A stretch of DNA of 40,036 nucleotides from Cyanobacteria bacterium P01_D01_bin.156 (GCA_039024555.1 JBCCQQ010000059.1:1-40036), one strand, 5' to 3'; shown: positions 18,555 to 30,464, counted from the first letter of the stretch. Notes: generated by a model from the letters alone, not told the origin. Numbers and translations are program-made.

Positions 18555-20123
18555 TTAACGAATCAGGTCAAAGGAGATATCGGTCTTAGCAGGAACAATG
18601 GTCTGACGATCTAGTTCATCCAGAATGGTGTTAATGATCCAGTTGAACTGGTTGATCGCGCCTTGATAGCCAAGGGTGGCATAGCGGTGCATATGATGGC
18701 GATCAAAGATGGGATAGCCAATGCGTACTAGGGGTGTGCCAGTATCGCGCCACAGGTACTTGCCGTAGGAGTTACCGATGAGCAGATCAACGGGCTCGGT
18801 AAACAGGAGCGATCGCAAATGCCATAGGTCCTTCTTGCCCCAAATTGTTGCATCTTGACCATAGGGACTATTGGTCAGCACCTCACGCAGCTCTGCCTCA
18901 AACTCTTTGTTGGAGTTGGTGACTACGATATGGACCGGCTCAGCGCCCATTTCCAATAGGAACTGGGTAATGCCAAACACATGATCTGGGTCACCATAGA
19001 GAGCAATCCGCTTACCGTGGATCCAAGCTTGGGAGTCGGTCAGGGCATCTACGGCACGACCTCTCTCCTGCTGTAACTCCAGAGGAATGGGCTTGCCAGT
19101 AATGGCAGAAAGACTCATCAAGAATTCGTCTGTACCCTTGATACCAAAGGGACGGAAGTTGTAGGTCTTCTGCTCCCACTCTTTAGCAACAAGTTCCTGG
19201 GTCTTAATTGTGGTGTACTTCTGGAAGAAGAAGGTGCCTTCTGCATTGATAGTATCAGCCGCATCTTCCAGGGTGGTCAACCCGTTATACATCTTAAATT
19301 CACCCGTATTGGGAGAATCAAAGGCATCGGAATTGTCGGATAGAATCGTGTAGTCGATACCAAATAGCTCTAGGATTCGCTTTAGTTCACGGGTGTTGCC
19401 CACATAGGGATCAAAGCCTAGGTTAAAGTTAAACTTACCGTTGGTGGTGTCTGCCTTTTTCCCTGAGGTGAGTGTATCCAATATACTCTTGAGCATATTG
19501 TCGTAGCCAGTGATGTGAGACCCAACAAAACTGGGAGTATGGGCCGATGGGACGGGCAGATCTGCGGGAATTAACTCCTCATTTTTCGCAGTTTGAATAA
19601 ACGCGCCAATGTCATCGCCAATCACCTCAGCCATGCAGGTGGTACATAGCGCAATCATTTTGGGATTGTACAGCTCGTAGGCGTTTTGTAACCCCTGCTT
19701 GAGGTTGTTAAGTCCGCCAAAGACCGCCGCATCTTCTGTCATCGAAGATGATACGGCCTGGAAGGGCTCTTTGTAATTACGGGTTAGGTGGGTGCGGAAA
19801 TAAGCAACACAGCCTTGGGAGCCATGGCTATAGGGCAGAGTGCCTTCAAAACCGGCAGCCACAAATAGGGACCCTAAGGGCTGGCAGGCTTTTGCTGGGT
19901 TAACCGTCAGCGCTTCCCGAGAGAAGTTCTTTTCTCGATATTCCCAAGACTTTGTCCACTCGGCCATTTCAGCCACCTTCTCAGAACTGTGGGCACCTTC
20001 AAACTGGCGCTTGTACTCAAAAAGGTCCTGGTAAGTGTCCGTTTGAAATAGATCAAAATGGTCTTGAATTTTACCGGGGTCTGGGGCGTTTTCGGGTACT
20101 TGGGGATTAGTATTCTCAGTCAT
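18555..20123 (-). CDS. nifK: Nitrogenase MoFe protein beta chain
   Basis: VNPAKACQPLG, HGSQGCVAYFR, SSSMTEDAAVFGG, TTCMAEVIGDD, C-terminal SFDLIR; start ATG 20123 after AAGGAG. Confidence 0.97.
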   Translation of the reverse strand: MTENTNPQVPENAPDPGKIQDHFDLFQTDTYQDLFEYKRQFEGAHSSEKVAEMAEWTKSWEYREKNFSREALTVNPAKACQPLGSLFVAAGFEGTLPYSHGSQGCVAYFRTHLTRNYKEPFQAVSSSMTEDAAVFGGLNNLKQGLQNAYELYNPKMIALCTTCMAEVIGDDIGAFIQTAKNEELIPADLPVPSAHTPSFVGSHITGYDNMLKSILDTLTSGKKADTTNGKFNFNLGFDPYVGNTRELKRILELFGIDYTILSDNSDAFDSPNTGEFKMYNGLTTLEDAADTINAEGTFFFQKYTTIKTQELVAKEWEQKTYNFRPFGIKGTDEFLMSLSAITGKPIPLELQQERGRAVDALTDSQAWIHGKRIALYGDPDHVFGITQFLLEMGAEPVHIVVTNSNKEFEAELREVLTNSPYGQDATIWGKKDLWHLRSLLFTEPVDLLIGNSYGKYLWRDTGTPLVRIGYPIFDRHHMHRYATLGYQGAINQFNWIINTILDELDRQTIVPAKTDISFDLIR

Positions 20124-20238
20124 GGTAGTCTCCTTATGGGGTGGATGGAGAAAGAGGGGAAAAGCAGAAGGTAAAAGATAGCAGACGGACTTGGCAAAAA
20201 CGTTCTTTTCTCTTACCTTCACCTTCTTTGCCTATCGT

Positions 20239-21690
20239 TTATGCAGCGTTTTCCCAGGGGGCGTTGATCAGCCCCCAAGTCGGGTTGTTGATGGCCAAAT
20301 CCATATCACGGGCAAAGACTTCAAAGCCTTCATAACCGTGGTAAGGACCGGAATAATCCCAGGAGTGCATTTGCCGGAAAGGTAACGCCATCTTCTGGAA
20401 GACGTACTTCTCTTTAATACCAGCTGCAATTAAGTCAGGGTTCAGTTGCTTAGCGAATTCTTCAAATTCGTAGCCACTGACATCGTCATAAATTACGGTG
20501 CCTTCTTTGACATAGTCAGCGGTACGCTTATAGTCATCACCGTGGCCAAATTCATAACCAGTACCAATGACGTTCATACCCAAGTCTTCAAAGGCCGGGA
20601 TAACGTGGCGAGGACGCAGACCACCTACCATCATCATCACTGTCTTGCCTTCTAACCGGGGACGATACTTGGCAATAATGGCATCCATCCGAGCCTGATT
20701 TTCAGCAATCACCGCTTCAGCCTTAGCTTGAATCGTCTCGTCAAACTGTTGAGCAATCTTACGAAGAGACTTAGCGATTTGGGTGGGGCCAAAAAAGTTG
20801 TACTCTAGCCAACCAATGCCATACTTCTCTTCCATAAACCGGCAGATATAGTTCATCGACCGGTAGCAGTGGATGAGATTTAGCTTAGCCAGGGGAGTCA
20901 TGACAACTTCATTAAAGGTGCCATCTCCAGAGAACTGACAGATGACTCGCAGCCCCATGTCTTCAAGTAGCTTGCGACTAGGCCAGGCATCTCCACCGAT
21001 GTTGTAGTCACCAATGATGTTGACGTCATAGGGGCTAGACTCAAAACCCTCAGGTAATTGGCGATAGTCATCAGCTTTAGGCAGCACCCAGTCTCTTACG
21101 GTGTCGTTAGCAATGTGGTGCCCTAGGGATTGAGAGACTCCTCTAAAGCCTTCACAACGGACCGGAACCACAGGCTTACCAGTCTTCTTGGCCTGCTTTT
21201 TGGCGACGGCTTCAATATCGTCTCCAATTAGACCCACCGGACATTCTGATTCAATAGTGGTACCCTTGCTAAGGGGGAACAGTTCTTCTAGCTCGTCGAT
21301 TAGTTTGTCGAGCTTTTTGTCACCGCCAAATACGATATCGCGTTCTTGGAAATCTGAGGTGAACTGCATGGTGCCAAAGGTGTCCACCCCAGTGGTGCCG
21401 ATGTAATAATTACGACGTCCAGACCAGGAATAGTAGCCGCAGCCAACCGGGCCATGGCTGACGTGAATCATATCTTTTACCGGACCCCAGACCACACCCT
21501 TTGCACCTGCGTAGGCACAGCCACGGGTTGTCATAACACCGGGAACGGATTTTTTGTTAGACTTGACACCACAGTCGGAAGCGCCTTCTTCGGCAACATT
21601 GAGGTGTTTGGAGCGTCGCTTTTTAGCTTTATCTGGATAAGCGTCCAGAACCTCCTGGATTAGGTCTTTTCTGTCTTCTACAGTGGTCAT
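20239..21690 (-). CDS. nifD: Nitrogenase MoFe protein alpha chain (uninterrupted)
   Basis: [32 protein letters not shown] (Cys275), FRQMHSWDY (His442). Confidence 0.98.
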   Translation of the reverse strand: MTTVEDRKDLIQEVLDAYPDKAKKRRSKHLNVAEEGASDCGVKSNKKSVPGVMTTRGCAYAGAKGVVWGPVKDMIHVSHGPVGCGYYSWSGRRNYYIGTTGVDTFGTMQFTSDFQERDIVFGGDKKLDKLIDELEELFPLSKGTTIESECPVGLIGDDIEAVAKKQAKKTGKPVVPVRCEGFRGVSQSLGHHIANDTVRDWVLPKADDYRQLPEGFESSPYDVNIIGDYNIGGDAWPSRKLLEDMGLRVICQFSGDGTFNEVVMTPLAKLNLIHCYRSMNYICRFMEEKYGIGWLEYNFFGPTQIAKSLRKIAQQFDETIQAKAEAVIAENQARMDAIIAKYRPRLEGKTVMMMVGGLRPRHVIPAFEDLGMNVIGTGYEFGHGDDYKRTADYVKEGTVIYDDVSGYEFEEFAKQLNPDLIAAGIKEKYVFQKMALPFRQMHSWDYSGPYHGYEGFEVFARDMDLAINNPTWGLINAPWENAA

Positions 21691-21822
21691 GGTGTCCTCT
21701 CTGTTTTTTAAGGGAGTAGGTTTTTGGGGCTAGGTTCTGTCTGACCCGTTGCGGAAGATACCCCAGGTAGCTTTCTCGCTGATGATTTGGGTCTGTGCCG
21801 ATGGGGGTCAAACAGCTAGGTG

Positions 21823-22816
<994 letters not shown>

Positions 22817-22869
22817 ATAAGGGCGTGATGGAGGGATTTCATGGGTTAGCTAAGAGAGTTATCGATGGC

Positions 22870-23742
22870 CTATACGGCTACGACGGTTAATTTAGGGGAT
22901 ACCTGGGCCTGTAGCCGCGTCTCAATGGCGCCCTTGAGGGTGGCGGTACTGCTGTCACATGAGCCACAGGCCCCTTTGAGCTGTACCTGCACCACATCGC
23001 CGCTAACATCGTAGAGTTCAACATCGCCGCCATCGGCCATCAACATGGGACGCACCTCTTCGGTGAGCACTTGTTGAATTAGGTTAATCTTTTGAATAGG
23101 AGTGAGGGGGGTGCCGGAGACTTCAGCTTCTACTCGGGCGGCTGTTGCTGTTCGATCGCGCTGTACTTCGATTAAGATGTCTTCAATGCCGGCCAAACAA
23201 GACCCGCAGCCACCCCCTGCTTTCACATAGTTGGTAACCTGTTCAACGGTAGACAGATCATTTTCAATAATCACCCGGCGGATGCGGGGTTCAGTAATGC
23301 CAAAGCAGGAACAGATTAGGGTGCCTTCATCGTCGTCATGGTGCTCAACTTCAATGCCACGATATTTATAGATAGCGGCTTCTAGTGCTTCTTGCCCCAT
23401 GACGGAACAGTGCATTTTGGCTTCGGGCAGCCCCCCTAAAAACTCGGCAATATCTTGGTTGGTGATATTGAGAGCCTGATCAAGGGTTTTGCCTTTGATA
23501 ATTTCAGTGAGGGCTGAGGAGGATGCGATCGCACTGGTGCAGCCAAAGGTTTGAAACTGGGAATCCAGAATAGTCTCAGTGGATTCTTGAATCTTCAGAT
23601 GCAGCCGTAGGGCATCACCACAGGCGATACTGCCCACTTCACCATAGACAACAGCCACATCGGGGTCATCTTGGTCAGCAATTGCCCCCTGGTTAATGGG
23701 GTTATAAAACAGTTCGAGTACCTTTTCGGAATAGTCCCACAT
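22870..23742 (-). CDS. nifU: Fe-S scaffold NifU
   Basis: MWDYSEKV, GSIACGDAL, FGCTSAIASSS, KMHCSVM, CSCFG..GGCGSC, C-terminal GACGSC. Confidence 0.97.
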   Translation of the reverse strand: MWDYSEKVLELFYNPINQGAIADQDDPDVAVVYGEVGSIACGDALRLHLKIQESTETILDSQFQTFGCTSAIASSSALTEIIKGKTLDQALNITNQDIAEFLGGLPEAKMHCSVMGQEALEAAIYKYRGIEVEHHDDDEGTLICSCFGITEPRIRRVIIENDLSTVEQVTNYVKAGGGCGSCLAGIEDILIEVQRDRTATAARVEAEVSGTPLTPIQKINLIQQVLTEEVRPMLMADGGDVELYDVSGDVVQVQLKGACGSCDSSTATLKGAIETRLQAQVSPKLTVVAV

Positions 23743-23812
23743 GGCAGTTTTTGGGTGTTAAGGAGCAAGTAGGGGCTGGTCTTGTGCCTGCCCTTTTCGA
23801 GAGGAGAGGGCC

Positions 23813-25006
23813 TTAGGCGCTATGGACTAAATCACGATCCTGTAGCCAACCGGCTTCGTCGTTGTTAAAGGGAGAAATAGCCCGCAGTTTTTCCACAATG
23901 CTGGGCATCACAGTCACAACCTGTTGAATATCCTCTTCAGTGGTGAATCGCGACAGACTAAAGCGAATGGAACCATGGAGGATGGTATAGGGTAATCCCA
24001 TCGCCGTTAGCACATGGGAGGGATCGAGAGAACCAGATGTGCAGGCAGACCCAGAAGAGGCACAGATGCCGTGCTGGTTGAGCATGAATAGAATGGCTTC
24101 ACCCTCGATATATTTGAAGCCGATGTTGGTGGTGTTGGGTAGACGAGTCGTACCGCCACCATTTACCTCACAATCAGGGATTAATTCCAATAGCTGGGTC
24201 TCTAGCTGGTCTCGTAGCTTACGTTCTTGGGCTACAGTAGAGAGATGCTCACGGGCCAATGCAGCCGCTTTACCCAGGGCGATGATACCTGCCACGTTGT
24301 GGGTGCCTGCCCGTCGTCCACGCTCCTGGTGCCCACCTAGTAAAAAGGGGCGGAACCGGAACCCACGTCGCACATAGAGCGCACCTACGCCCTTGGGGGC
24401 ATGGAGTTTATGCCCCGAAAGGGTGAGCATGTCAATGGTGCTGTTTTTAAGATCAATAGGCACCTTGCCTACGGCTTGAACAGCGTCTACATGGAAGGTG
24501 GCACCATATTCTTTTGCGATCGCACCCACCTGCTCCACTGGGAAAATGACGCCAGTTTCATTGTTGGCATACATCGTAGTGACTAGCGCCGTTCCCCCAG
24601 TCATAGCGGCCTCGACCTCCATTAGGTCAAGTTGGCCACGCTTGTCTACAGACAAATAGGTGATAGTGTACCCTTTCTTTTCTAAGTGCTTGCACACATT
24701 GAGAATAGCCGGATGTTCCACAGCGGTGGTAACAATATGGCGTTTCTCGGGCTGGGCGGCGAGAGCCGCATGGATCGCTGTGTTGTTGCCTTCACTGCCA
24801 CAGCTATTAAAGATAATTTCTGTATCTTCGGCACCGAGCAGCTCAGCCACCTGAACTCTTGCATCTTGAACCGCTGCACCCACTTGACCACCAAAACTAT
24901 GCATCGACGACGGATTGCCGTAAAAGTCGCTCAAATAAGGCAGCATCGCGTCTAACACATCGGGATCCACCCGAGTAGTCGCGTTGTTATCTAAATAAAT
25001 GACCAT
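23813..25006 (-). CDS. nifS: Cysteine desulfurase NifS
   Basis: YLDNNATT, GNPSSMH, SGHKLHAPKG, SSGSACTSGS. Confidence 0.97.
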   Translation of the reverse strand: MVIYLDNNATTRVDPDVLDAMLPYLSDFYGNPSSMHSFGGQVGAAVQDARVQVAELLGAEDTEIIFNSCGSEGNNTAIHAALAAQPEKRHIVTTAVEHPAILNVCKHLEKKGYTITYLSVDKRGQLDLMEVEAAMTGGTALVTTMYANNETGVIFPVEQVGAIAKEYGATFHVDAVQAVGKVPIDLKNSTIDMLTLSGHKLHAPKGVGALYVRRGFRFRPFLLGGHQERGRRAGTHNVAGIIALGKAAALAREHLSTVAQERKLRDQLETQLLELIPDCEVNGGGTTRLPNTTNIGFKYIEGEAILFMLNQHGICASSGSACTSGSLDPSHVLTAMGLPYTILHGSIRFSLSRFTTEEDIQQVVTVMPSIVEKLRAISPFNNDEAGWLQDRDLVHSA

Positions 25007-25074
25007 TACATCCTCTCCGTAATAAATAAGGGATAGTTTTGCCGTTTAGGGACTTAGTTGATAGCCAAAGAGCA

Positions 25075-25473
25075 TTACGGCATCAGTGGTATATGGATTT
25101 CAGCCTGACATTTGTTTCGCAATCTTTTCAGGGCTTGGGAATAGATATCAAACCACTGTTGCCAGTAGAGTGGCTGTTGCGAAGATTTTAAGCGAGCCAC
25201 CATTTGGCTATAGCTGGCAAACCAAACATTCCAATAGTCTGTTGGGAGTTCGGATACAGCGTTGACTGCTGTAGTACCGGTTGCTAGTGGTACACAACCT
25301 TCATTGGTGGGACATACCGCCCAACATTGAGCCACACCATGAGAATCTTGACACTGATTACAGCGATTCACATTAATCCAAAAGTTGGCACCGTCGGTCT
25401 CAATAGCGGTGGTTGGACAACTAGTAAGACAGCGCTGACAGGCAATACAGTCATTGGTAATGGTATAAGACAT
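25075..25473 (-). CDS. fdxN: 2[4Fe-4S] ferredoxin FdxN with C-terminal extension
   Basis: CIACQRCLTSCP and CNQC..C..VCP; between nifB and nifS; start ATG 25473. Confidence 0.9.
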   Translation of the reverse strand: MSYTITNDCIACQRCLTSCPTTAIETDGANFWINVNRCNQCQDSHGVAQCWAVCPTNEGCVPLATGTTAVNAVSELPTDYWNVWFASYSQMVARLKSSQQPLYWQQWFDIYSQALKRLRNKCQAEIHIPLMP

Positions 25474-25623
25474 AGCCTTGGACCTCACTATGGAGTTGGC
25501 GTAGCTTCGGGTTTCTCTGGTTAGGAAGATACGGACTTCCCTCTTACTGTTCTACGGGCAGTTTGTTGTTGTCGCTCCTTGGAATAACCAGAAAGATAAA
25601 ATCATCTCAAGGAGCAGCAATGA

Positions 25624-27090
25624 CTAACTCTCTAAAACATGCTCGTCATAAAAGTGTCGAGCAACAGTCTCAATCACATCGTAGGCTTCAATAACAATTA
25701 GCCCAGCCTTTTGTAATGCCTTTTGGGGACAGGGTCCCACTTTGGATGTGAGTATGGCTTTACAGTCGCTAATGGTACGGATGATGCCGTCTAGGGCAGC
25801 TTCTTCGCCGTATCCCCCCTGGCAGTAGTCAGCCACTTTGCGATGACCAACAAACTTGGCGTCAGTGGCATCTACTTCATAAATCATGAATTCTTTGGCA
25901 TGGCCAAAGTGTTGGTTGACTAGACCTCCGCCCTTGGTAGCTACCGCCACTAGGACCTTAGGAGATGCTGTCTGGCGCTTACCGACGGATGCCTGTTTCT
26001 TCTCAGCTACAGCCGCTTTAGTCTGTTCAATGGTGAGATGAACCGCCTGGCGTTGCTCCAAACTATAATCTGCCGACATGTCCATAAACTTCTCTTTAGT
26101 GAATTCCTGGCTGCGGTCTTCACCCAGTAGGCCAACGGCATCGGCTCGACACTGACGACAGTGGCGCATCATTTTCATATTGCCAGAACACTTGTCTTGA
26201 ACAGTCTTGAGTTCTTTGGGATTAGGACCCCGTTGTCCATTGAGCCCATAGTAGGTGCCGTGCTCTGGAGCTGAAATCAGCGGCATAATATTATGGAGAA
26301 AGGCACCGCGATCGCGAATCGCCTTATTCACCTCTGGCAAGTGCTCATCGTTGACACCAGGAATGAGTACCGAGTTGACCTTACAGAGAATGTCGGCTTC
26401 TTGTAGCGCTTGTAGCCCTTCCATCTGCCGTTCGTGTAATATTTTTACCCCATCGATACCGCGATAGCGACGGCGGCGGTAGTGGACCCAGGGATAAATT
26501 TTCTCCCCTACTTTGGGGTCTACCATATTAATAGTGATAGTGACGTGGTCCACATTCAGCTGTTTAATTCGCTCCACGTGATCGGGCAGCATGAGACCAT
26601 TGGTAGAGAGACAAAGTTTAATATCAGGAGCTTTGTCAGCAATTAATTCAAAGGTACGAAAGGTCTTTTCTGGATTGGCTAGAGGATCACCGGGGCCGGC
26701 AATACCTAGCACTGTCATTTGGGGAATTTTGCCGGCTACCACTAATACTTTGTGGGCCGCTTCTTCAGGAGTGAGTAGTTCACTCACAACCCCAGGGCGA
26801 CTTTCATTAGCACAGTCATATTTACGATTGCAATAGTTGCACTGAATGTTGCAGGCAGGCGCTACTGCAACGTGCATACGGGCATAGTGATGGTGAGCTT
26901 CTTCGCTGTAGCAAGGATGTTTTTCAATGCGAGCCTTTAAAGACTCGCTCATACCTGTGGCCGTATCATTTTTAGTGCTACAGCCACAGCCGCCACCAGA
27001 CTTCTTGACCTTGGTTTTAGTCAAGGTGATGTCCAGCTCGGGCGTCGTTGTAGGCGCAGGGGCCAGGGCAGTAGGAGGCGGAGGCGTCAT
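25624..27090 (-). CDS. nifB: Radical SAM FeMo-co biosynthesis protein NifB (with NifX-like C-terminal domain)
   Basis: [40 protein letters not shown]. Confidence 0.98.
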   Translation of the reverse strand: MTPPPPTALAPAPTTTPELDITLTKTKVKKSGGGCGCSTKNDTATGMSESLKARIEKHPCYSEEAHHHYARMHVAVAPACNIQCNYCNRKYDCANESRPGVVSELLTPEEAAHKVLVVAGKIPQMTVLGIAGPGDPLANPEKTFRTFELIADKAPDIKLCLSTNGLMLPDHVERIKQLNVDHVTITINMVDPKVGEKIYPWVHYRRRRYRGIDGVKILHERQMEGLQALQEADILCKVNSVLIPGVNDEHLPEVNKAIRDRGAFLHNIMPLISAPEHGTYYGLNGQRGPNPKELKTVQDKCSGNMKMMRHCRQCRADAVGLLGEDRSQEFTKEKFMDMSADYSLEQRQAVHLTIEQTKAAVAEKKQASVGKRQTASPKVLVAVATKGGGLVNQHFGHAKEFMIYEVDATDAKFVGHRKVADYCQGGYGEEAALDGIIRTISDCKAILTSKVGPCPQKALQKAGLIVIEAYDVIETVARHFYDEHVLES

Positions 27091-27137
27091 TGGTTTAATG
27101 TGGGTTAAGGAGTAAATTTTTAGGCTGACTCAGTCAT

Positions 27138-27227
27138 AAAAAAGGGCGCTGATTAACTGCTCTAAGCAGGAGGTTGTTCTAGACAATGCTGCCGGAGAAG
27201 CAGATTAGAAGCAGTTAATACAGCGCC
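27138..27227 (-). terminator. Long hairpin followed by a U-run in the nifB 5' leader (attenuator/terminator-like)
   Basis: ggcgctg-attaactgc-tctaa (27145-27165) pairs with ttaga-a-gcagttaat-a-cagcgcc (27205-27227); A6 at 27138-27143 reads as U6 immediately 3' of the stem on the nifB strand. Confidence 0.55.
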
Positions 27228-27556
27228 AGAGAATGTGCGAGCTGTAGGCCTCAGTCTGTTAGACGAGCAGTAATTCCCAGGGTAGATAGATGGAGATGTG
27301 CTCGTTTGTCTTTATGAGATAACGGGGACATCTCGATAGGGTGAATACACCTGAAATTAATCTGGTCGTCAGGCTTTAGAGTGTTGAGATCTAAAAACAA
27401 TATCTGGGAAAACTACGTGAGCTCTCACTAAGACTTTGTTTTAGGGGCTGCATCACCTTCAGCCAGACTGGGAGTTCAGTGATGAAAGAGTTATAGCAAC
27501 GGTTCTAAAGCCGAATATAGAAAAGGTGTGGATAGGATTTATTGAATTATTAACGA

Positions 27557-28369
27557 TGCACTCAACTCTCCAAACCTTTGAAAATAAAGGGAGAAAACTT
27601 TTTTTTAGCGCAGGGTACTGGTATTTCGTATCCCATGGGCTAGTATTTTGTTAGCCAGGCTCAGTGATTTCTGTACTCAGCTATATTCCTTGTCTAGAGA
27701 GGGTTATAAGCTTTTTGAGTGGTTTTGAGTGCGGCTTTATTTGAGTACTCAAGATTGGCTATTTTGCTAAATTCACTACCAATCATGATGCTGGTCTAGA
27801 GAGTCAAAAACAATGTCTGTAACAGACTTTTCAATTGCAGCTTATTTACAGTAACAAATTTAACACTTTCGCGTTAAATAATGTAAAAGCGCTAGGAATA
27901 TTTTTGAGAGACGGCGGCCTTCATACCCTGTTTTCCTGATTCATGGGTGTTCTGTTATGGAAAATAACTGCAGCTGTCTGGATTTGATAGCCAAAATCAT
28001 CCCGAGGATTCGCATTGCCCAAAGACAAGTATTCCGAGGATCTGGAAAATCACAGTTTGAACAAGCTGTTGGCGTGTAGTTGTTAAGGATTACTGAAATT
28101 AACTGGGTGTTTTTTGCATCGTTTGTTACAGTTTTCATTGTTTATATATGTAGTGAACCGTCAAAAACCGTACTTTGAGTACATGAACGCCATCTTTTAT
28201 GACATGTGAGAATAGGCTCGTAAGCCTTATGTATTAAGCTAATGGCCTGAGTGCAAAATACTTGTACCCATACTCAAAAATACTCACACCTGAGCGTTGA
28301 AATACCTGTACCCTGTACCAAAAGAGATTTTAATTCCTGACTCTATGGGGAGTTAAGCGCTTGAGTACA
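27557..28369. promoter_or_regulatory. Divergent nifB/nifP promoter region with repeated TGAGT(A/G)C motifs (candidate CnfR sites)
   Basis: tgcactca 27557, gtactca 27673, tgagt 27716, tgagtgc 27726, palindromic tgagtactca 27742, tgagtaca 28176, tgagtgca 28248, tactca 28271 and 28281, tgagtaca 28362. Confidence 0.75.
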
Positions 28370-28465
28370 TAGGTAATAGTTATAGTAAATCTGGATTGGG
28401 CTGTTGTGGCCGTACCCTGCAAACGGCGACTGCTATAAGCAGACAAACAAAGCCCCACCAGAGTC

Positions 28466-29179
28466 ATGTCTCTATCTCTGCAGTACATCTCTATTAAACG
28501 GCTGTTATCGGCCAAACTGTGTCTGCCACTGCCACACTGGGCGGACTTTGCCATTATCTTTGAGCGAGATCCGGCTGCTCGTAATTGGTTAGAAGTACTG
28601 TGCTGCTACCCAGGGTTGCACGCCCTGATGGTGCATCGGTTAGCCCACTGGTTGTTTCAATACAACGTGCCCTTTTTTCCTCGTTTTCTTTCTCACGCAG
28701 CCCGTTTTTTTACTGGCATAGAAATCCATCCGGGGGCCACCTTAGGTAAAGGGGTATTTATTGACCACGGTATGGGAGTGGTGATTGGGGAAACCACCAT
28801 CATTGGAGACTATACCTTGATTTATCAAGGGGTAACCCTGGGCGGTACTGGTAAAGAGACCGGCAAACGCCATCCTACCATTGGTAGGCAAGTCGTTATT
28901 GGCAGTGGGGCCAAAGTGCTCGGGAGTATTTCGATTGGGGACCATGCTCGCATTGGTGCTGGCTCTGTTGTCTTGAAAAGCGTGCCAGCTGACTGTACTG
29001 CTGTGGGTATTCCTAGTCGCAATGTATGTGAATGCAACACAACATCGACGCCCCTAGAGCATGGGCAGCTGCCTGATATTGAGGCCAAGACCGTAGCACA
29101 TCTTTTAGCCCGTATTGAAGCATTAGAAACTCAACTACAAAATCTTTCCTATCCTATTCTATCAACCCTGGAGTCTTAA
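28466..29179 (+). CDS. nifP: Serine O-acetyltransferase (NifP/CysE)
   Basis: [52 protein letters not shown]. Confidence 0.94.
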   Translation: MSLSLQYISIKRLLSAKLCLPLPHWADFAIIFERDPAARNWLEVLCCYPGLHALMVHRLAHWLFQYNVPFFPRFLSHAARFFTGIEIHPGATLGKGVFIDHGMGVVIGETTIIGDYTLIYQGVTLGGTGKETGKRHPTIGRQVVIGSGAKVLGSISIGDHARIGAGSVVLKSVPADCTAVGIPSRNVCECNTTSTPLEHGQLPDIEAKTVAHLLARIEALETQLQNLSYPILSTLES

Positions 29180-29182
29180 CCT

Positions 29183-29452
29183 ATGGATAAGTCTTTATCA
29201 TCAGCCCTCAACTGGGGGCATGTTGTTGTCGTACCCCGTGGCGAACGATGGTCAATTAATCGGCGCCTACGAGAACTCCACATTTCCTGTGCTTGCCCTG
29301 CCGATGGCACCCTAAGAGTGGATGTTGAACATCCCCTTGAGCTGGTATTGGTTAATAGTGTGATCCGTCAGTTCACAAGTTCTCGTCAAGTGGGTATAAC
29401 CTGGTTAGAACGTTGTTGGGAAACTCGTGTAACTTGTGTCACAGACCACTAA
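29183..29452 (+). CDS. Asr1405/Asl0597-family protein
   Basis: RWSINRRLRELHISCAC...SVIRQFTSSR....WLERCW; follows nifP as in other cyanobacteria. Confidence 0.8.
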   Translation: MDKSLSSALNWGHVVVVPRGERWSINRRLRELHISCACPADGTLRVDVEHPLELVLVNSVIRQFTSSRQVGITWLERCWETRVTCVTDH

Positions 29453-29526
29453 ATTCTTCTGAACAACAAGCTATCCTTCTTCTCTATCTCGGCTTCTTAT
29501 TTAGTTAAACACATTGGAGAAATAAC

Positions 29527-30066
29527 ATGACTACTCAAACTTTCGTACGTGCCTTTGGTGAAGTGGGCGACAATCCTATTGGTCTTGAAAAAGATGTCAC
29601 AGTACCTGTATGTGAAGGCCTTAACTTAGTCTATGCAAGTTTTCAGTCACTTTACCTGCAGTATCAAAAACATCATTTTGTGATTGAAGGAGCAGAGTTC
29701 TATTCTGTTCATGAGTTTTTTCAGGAAAGCTATGGAGAGGCCCAAGGTGCTGCCCATGATGTTGCCGAACGTCTCAATGGGTTAGGTGGAATTCCTGCTG
29801 GTAGCTTTGCTACATTAGCTGAACTGTGTTGCTTTGATCCAGAGCCTGAAGGAGCCTACAACTGTCGTCAGATGATTGTGAATGATCTTGCCGCTGAGCA
29901 AGCGGTGATTGCACTGCTTCGCCGTCTGGCTACCCAGGCTGAGAGTGTGGGTGATCGTGCTACGCGCTATCTTTATGAGCAAATTCTTCTAAAAACAGAA
30001 GAGCGAGCCTTTCATCTAGATCATTTCTTGGCTGAAGATAGTCTTACGTTTGCGTTTCTGAAATAG
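29527..30066 (+). CDS. dps: Dps/DpsA ferritin-like protein
   Basis: [46 protein letters not shown]. Confidence 0.92.
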   Translation: MTTQTFVRAFGEVGDNPIGLEKDVTVPVCEGLNLVYASFQSLYLQYQKHHFVIEGAEFYSVHEFFQESYGEAQGAAHDVAERLNGLGGIPAGSFATLAELCCFDPEPEGAYNCRQMIVNDLAAEQAVIALLRRLATQAESVGDRATRYLYEQILLKTEERAFHLDHFLAEDSLTFAFLK

Positions 30067-30100
30067 CATTTTTAGGTTTTGTTTAAGGAGTTTTCTTCTG

Positions 30101-30238
30101 ATGTTGACTACGCTAATGATGGTGGGTCCGTTTATTTTGTTTGCTTGGGTCTTGCAATCTTTTCTCAATCAATTAATTGAAGAGGATCGCAAATCTATTA
30201 ATAGAGAGCAGCCTCGATCGGACACTTCATTGATTTGA
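30101..30238 (+). CDS. Unannotated 45-aa putative single-pass membrane peptide
   Basis: AAGGAG at 30085, then MLTTLMMVGPFILFAWVLQSFLNQLIEEDRKSINREQPRSDTSLI*; co-oriented between dps and nifV. Confidence 0.45.
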   Translation: MLTTLMMVGPFILFAWVLQSFLNQLIEEDRKSINREQPRSDTSLI

Positions 30239-30464
30239 CCCATATCCTGTTGCTGACCTGTAGCGAGGCGCAAACGGAGCATGTATCCATTTGTTTGTAT
30301 AGATGGCAAAAGTCTCTATAGAGTAGTCTATTACCCTGGGTGTGATAGATAAAATCACTCTAATATTAGCGGCGCTCTTGCTCAGCAGACAAAGACTGAG
30401 GGTGGGGTTTACACGGCACTTTTCCACCCTCTTCCCTCTTAATTATTTATTTATGGAGGTTGCG

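Noticed and set aside
18555..21690. Alternative (V/Fe-only) nitrogenase
   Set aside because: No vnfG/anfG between D and K; the sequences and modABC indicate a Mo enzyme.
25495..25560. Possible glutamine (glnA) riboswitch upstream of fdxN (cgtag...gaagctacg on the minus strand)
   Set aside because: A P1-like pairing is present, but the AGUA/GAA E-loop is not adjacent to a pairing P3 stem; treated as a generic structure pending an Rfam scan.
27557..28369. CRISPR-like or iteron array
   Set aside because: Repeats are only 5-8 bp, in both orientations and irregularly spaced, which fits transcription-factor sites; no cas or rep genes.
27941..28592. Short ORFs in the nifB-nifP spacer
   Set aside because: They overlap promoter motifs or nifP and show no coding signature.
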